Shown in pieces: positions 62,732 to 64,000 of a stretch of 64,000 nucleotides of DNA (the stretch's first letter is position 1; each line of letters starts with the position of its first letter). Origin of the DNA: Vicugna vicugna. Lineage: Eukaryota. Below the pieces are notes generated by a model. It worked only from the letters and a program-made list of their open reading frames with translations. It was not told the origin of the DNA and made no database searches. The translations under genes were made by a program, and so were the position numbers. The stretch spans positions 4,897,146 through 4,961,145 of the forward strand of contig MU061579.1 of the NCBI GenBank assembly GCA_013265495.1. Reading direction: 5' to 3'.

Positions 62732-64000
62732 CATTTGTTAAATGAAACAGTCTGACTTATTACTGTTTAACCGATCTTGTTAAAGAATTTTTTTCTTCTT
62801 AAACACACATAAACTAATTATTTTTAACATTTTTTTCTGCAAAATAGATATTTGGAGGTAAATAACTGGCATAGTTTGCTTGTCATTGTTGCTTCATTTG
62901 ATCACTTTTCCATGTAAATAAGATAGGCTGATAAACAATAATTATTAGGGTCTGAGAAATCATAAATTAGATAATACTTATTATACTTCTTAAGAGACTG
63001 GAAAAAAAGTTTTTAGTATGATAGCACACTGTGAGTCTGATAGCTTTCCAACTATAATCAAAATGTTGTTCATGATGGTGGGAAAATAAATATCTCTAAG
63101 ATTAAATGTATTTAAATATGAAATTGTTAGAGGAAACCTAGACCTTTATGATTCCTGAAAATGACATTTTTATAATATAATCTGGAGTACTTTTCAAATT
63201 TAGAAACTTTTTCAAACAAATGATATTAAAAACTTAAATAGCAAAAATGCAATTAGATAAAATTATATTAATTAAAAAATAAAGTATATATCTGTATATA
63301 ATTATAATATTAATTTAAGTTAAAATATATTTTATAAAGATGTGTATACATGTTTATGTTATATGGTAATGTATATGATATAGGTATATTAATATATAAT
63401 ATATAAAAAGCACTGATGTATACCTAAAATAATAAAAATAAAATCCCACATTTTAAATCTTTAAGATGAAACCAAGTATTAGCAGATTCTTAGAAATTTG
63501 CATAAAAAATTTAAACCAAACAGAAAACCATCTGTGGCTAATTTTTACCTGGCTCTACATTTACAAGCAAATTACAAAACACTGGTTTAGAAAAAAAATT
63601 TTTTTAATCAATTTTATTAGTGAGGCTTGATATTTTCACATAGTATAAACATCACTCATCTTTATGTATGGCCAAAATTAATTGTAATATTCTCATCGAA
63701 ATTTATAAATGGCTCAATTCTCTTTAACCTTTGACTTAATATAATTCCATTATTATTTGCTTTTAGAAATGACCAATTTTAAGTTATAAAATTAAATCAT
63801 TAAAAAACTTCGTGGAAAATCACACTTTGTTACAGTCCAAAGACAATAATCAATCATTCATTCAAGTAAAAAACTGCAAATAATAAGATCAAGAAAATCA
63901 ATCATATTTATATTTTACAATATCTGATACCAGTTAAAAATGAAGCTAACAAAAATAATAAAGGAAATAAGCATATATTTTATCCATAAATAAGACTAAG

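Noticed and set aside
1..64000. Host protein-coding genes among the listed ORFs
   Set aside because: All ORFs are 111 aa or shorter. Those with recognisable motifs are L1 or Tigger1 remnants, and the rest show no recognisable domain or consistent exon structure. Small exons of a large gene cannot be fully excluded by eye.

Overview
This is AT-rich mammalian genomic DNA, either intergenic (gene-desert-like) or deep intronic. It is very probably from a camelid (Camelus/Lama/Vicugna), because it carries a tRNA-derived vic-1-type SINE with a clear target-site duplication (TSD) at 52.3 kb and cetartiodactyl-type L1 3' ends. I found no host protein-coding exon. The ORFs in the track are transposon remnants (L1 ORF1/ORF2, Tigger1 transposase) or chance ORFs. 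The window is a layered record of transposable elements: L1s of several ages, L2, MIR, MaLR/ERVL/ERV1 solo LTRs, a heavily decayed ERVL provirus (gag-pro-pol-dUTPase, ~34.5-39.8 kb), and a near full-length Tigger1. The Tigger1 sits inside an L1 5' region and itself carries an inverted Tigger1-derived MITE. The most notable observations are that nesting, an unclassified CpG-retaining solo LTR inside an old L1, two small duplications with hairpin/templated-insertion signatures, and a few candidate regulatory or non-coding-exon patches. I see no convincing new biological system. Repeat family names come from my recollection of consensus sequences, not from a search, and most boundaries are approximate.
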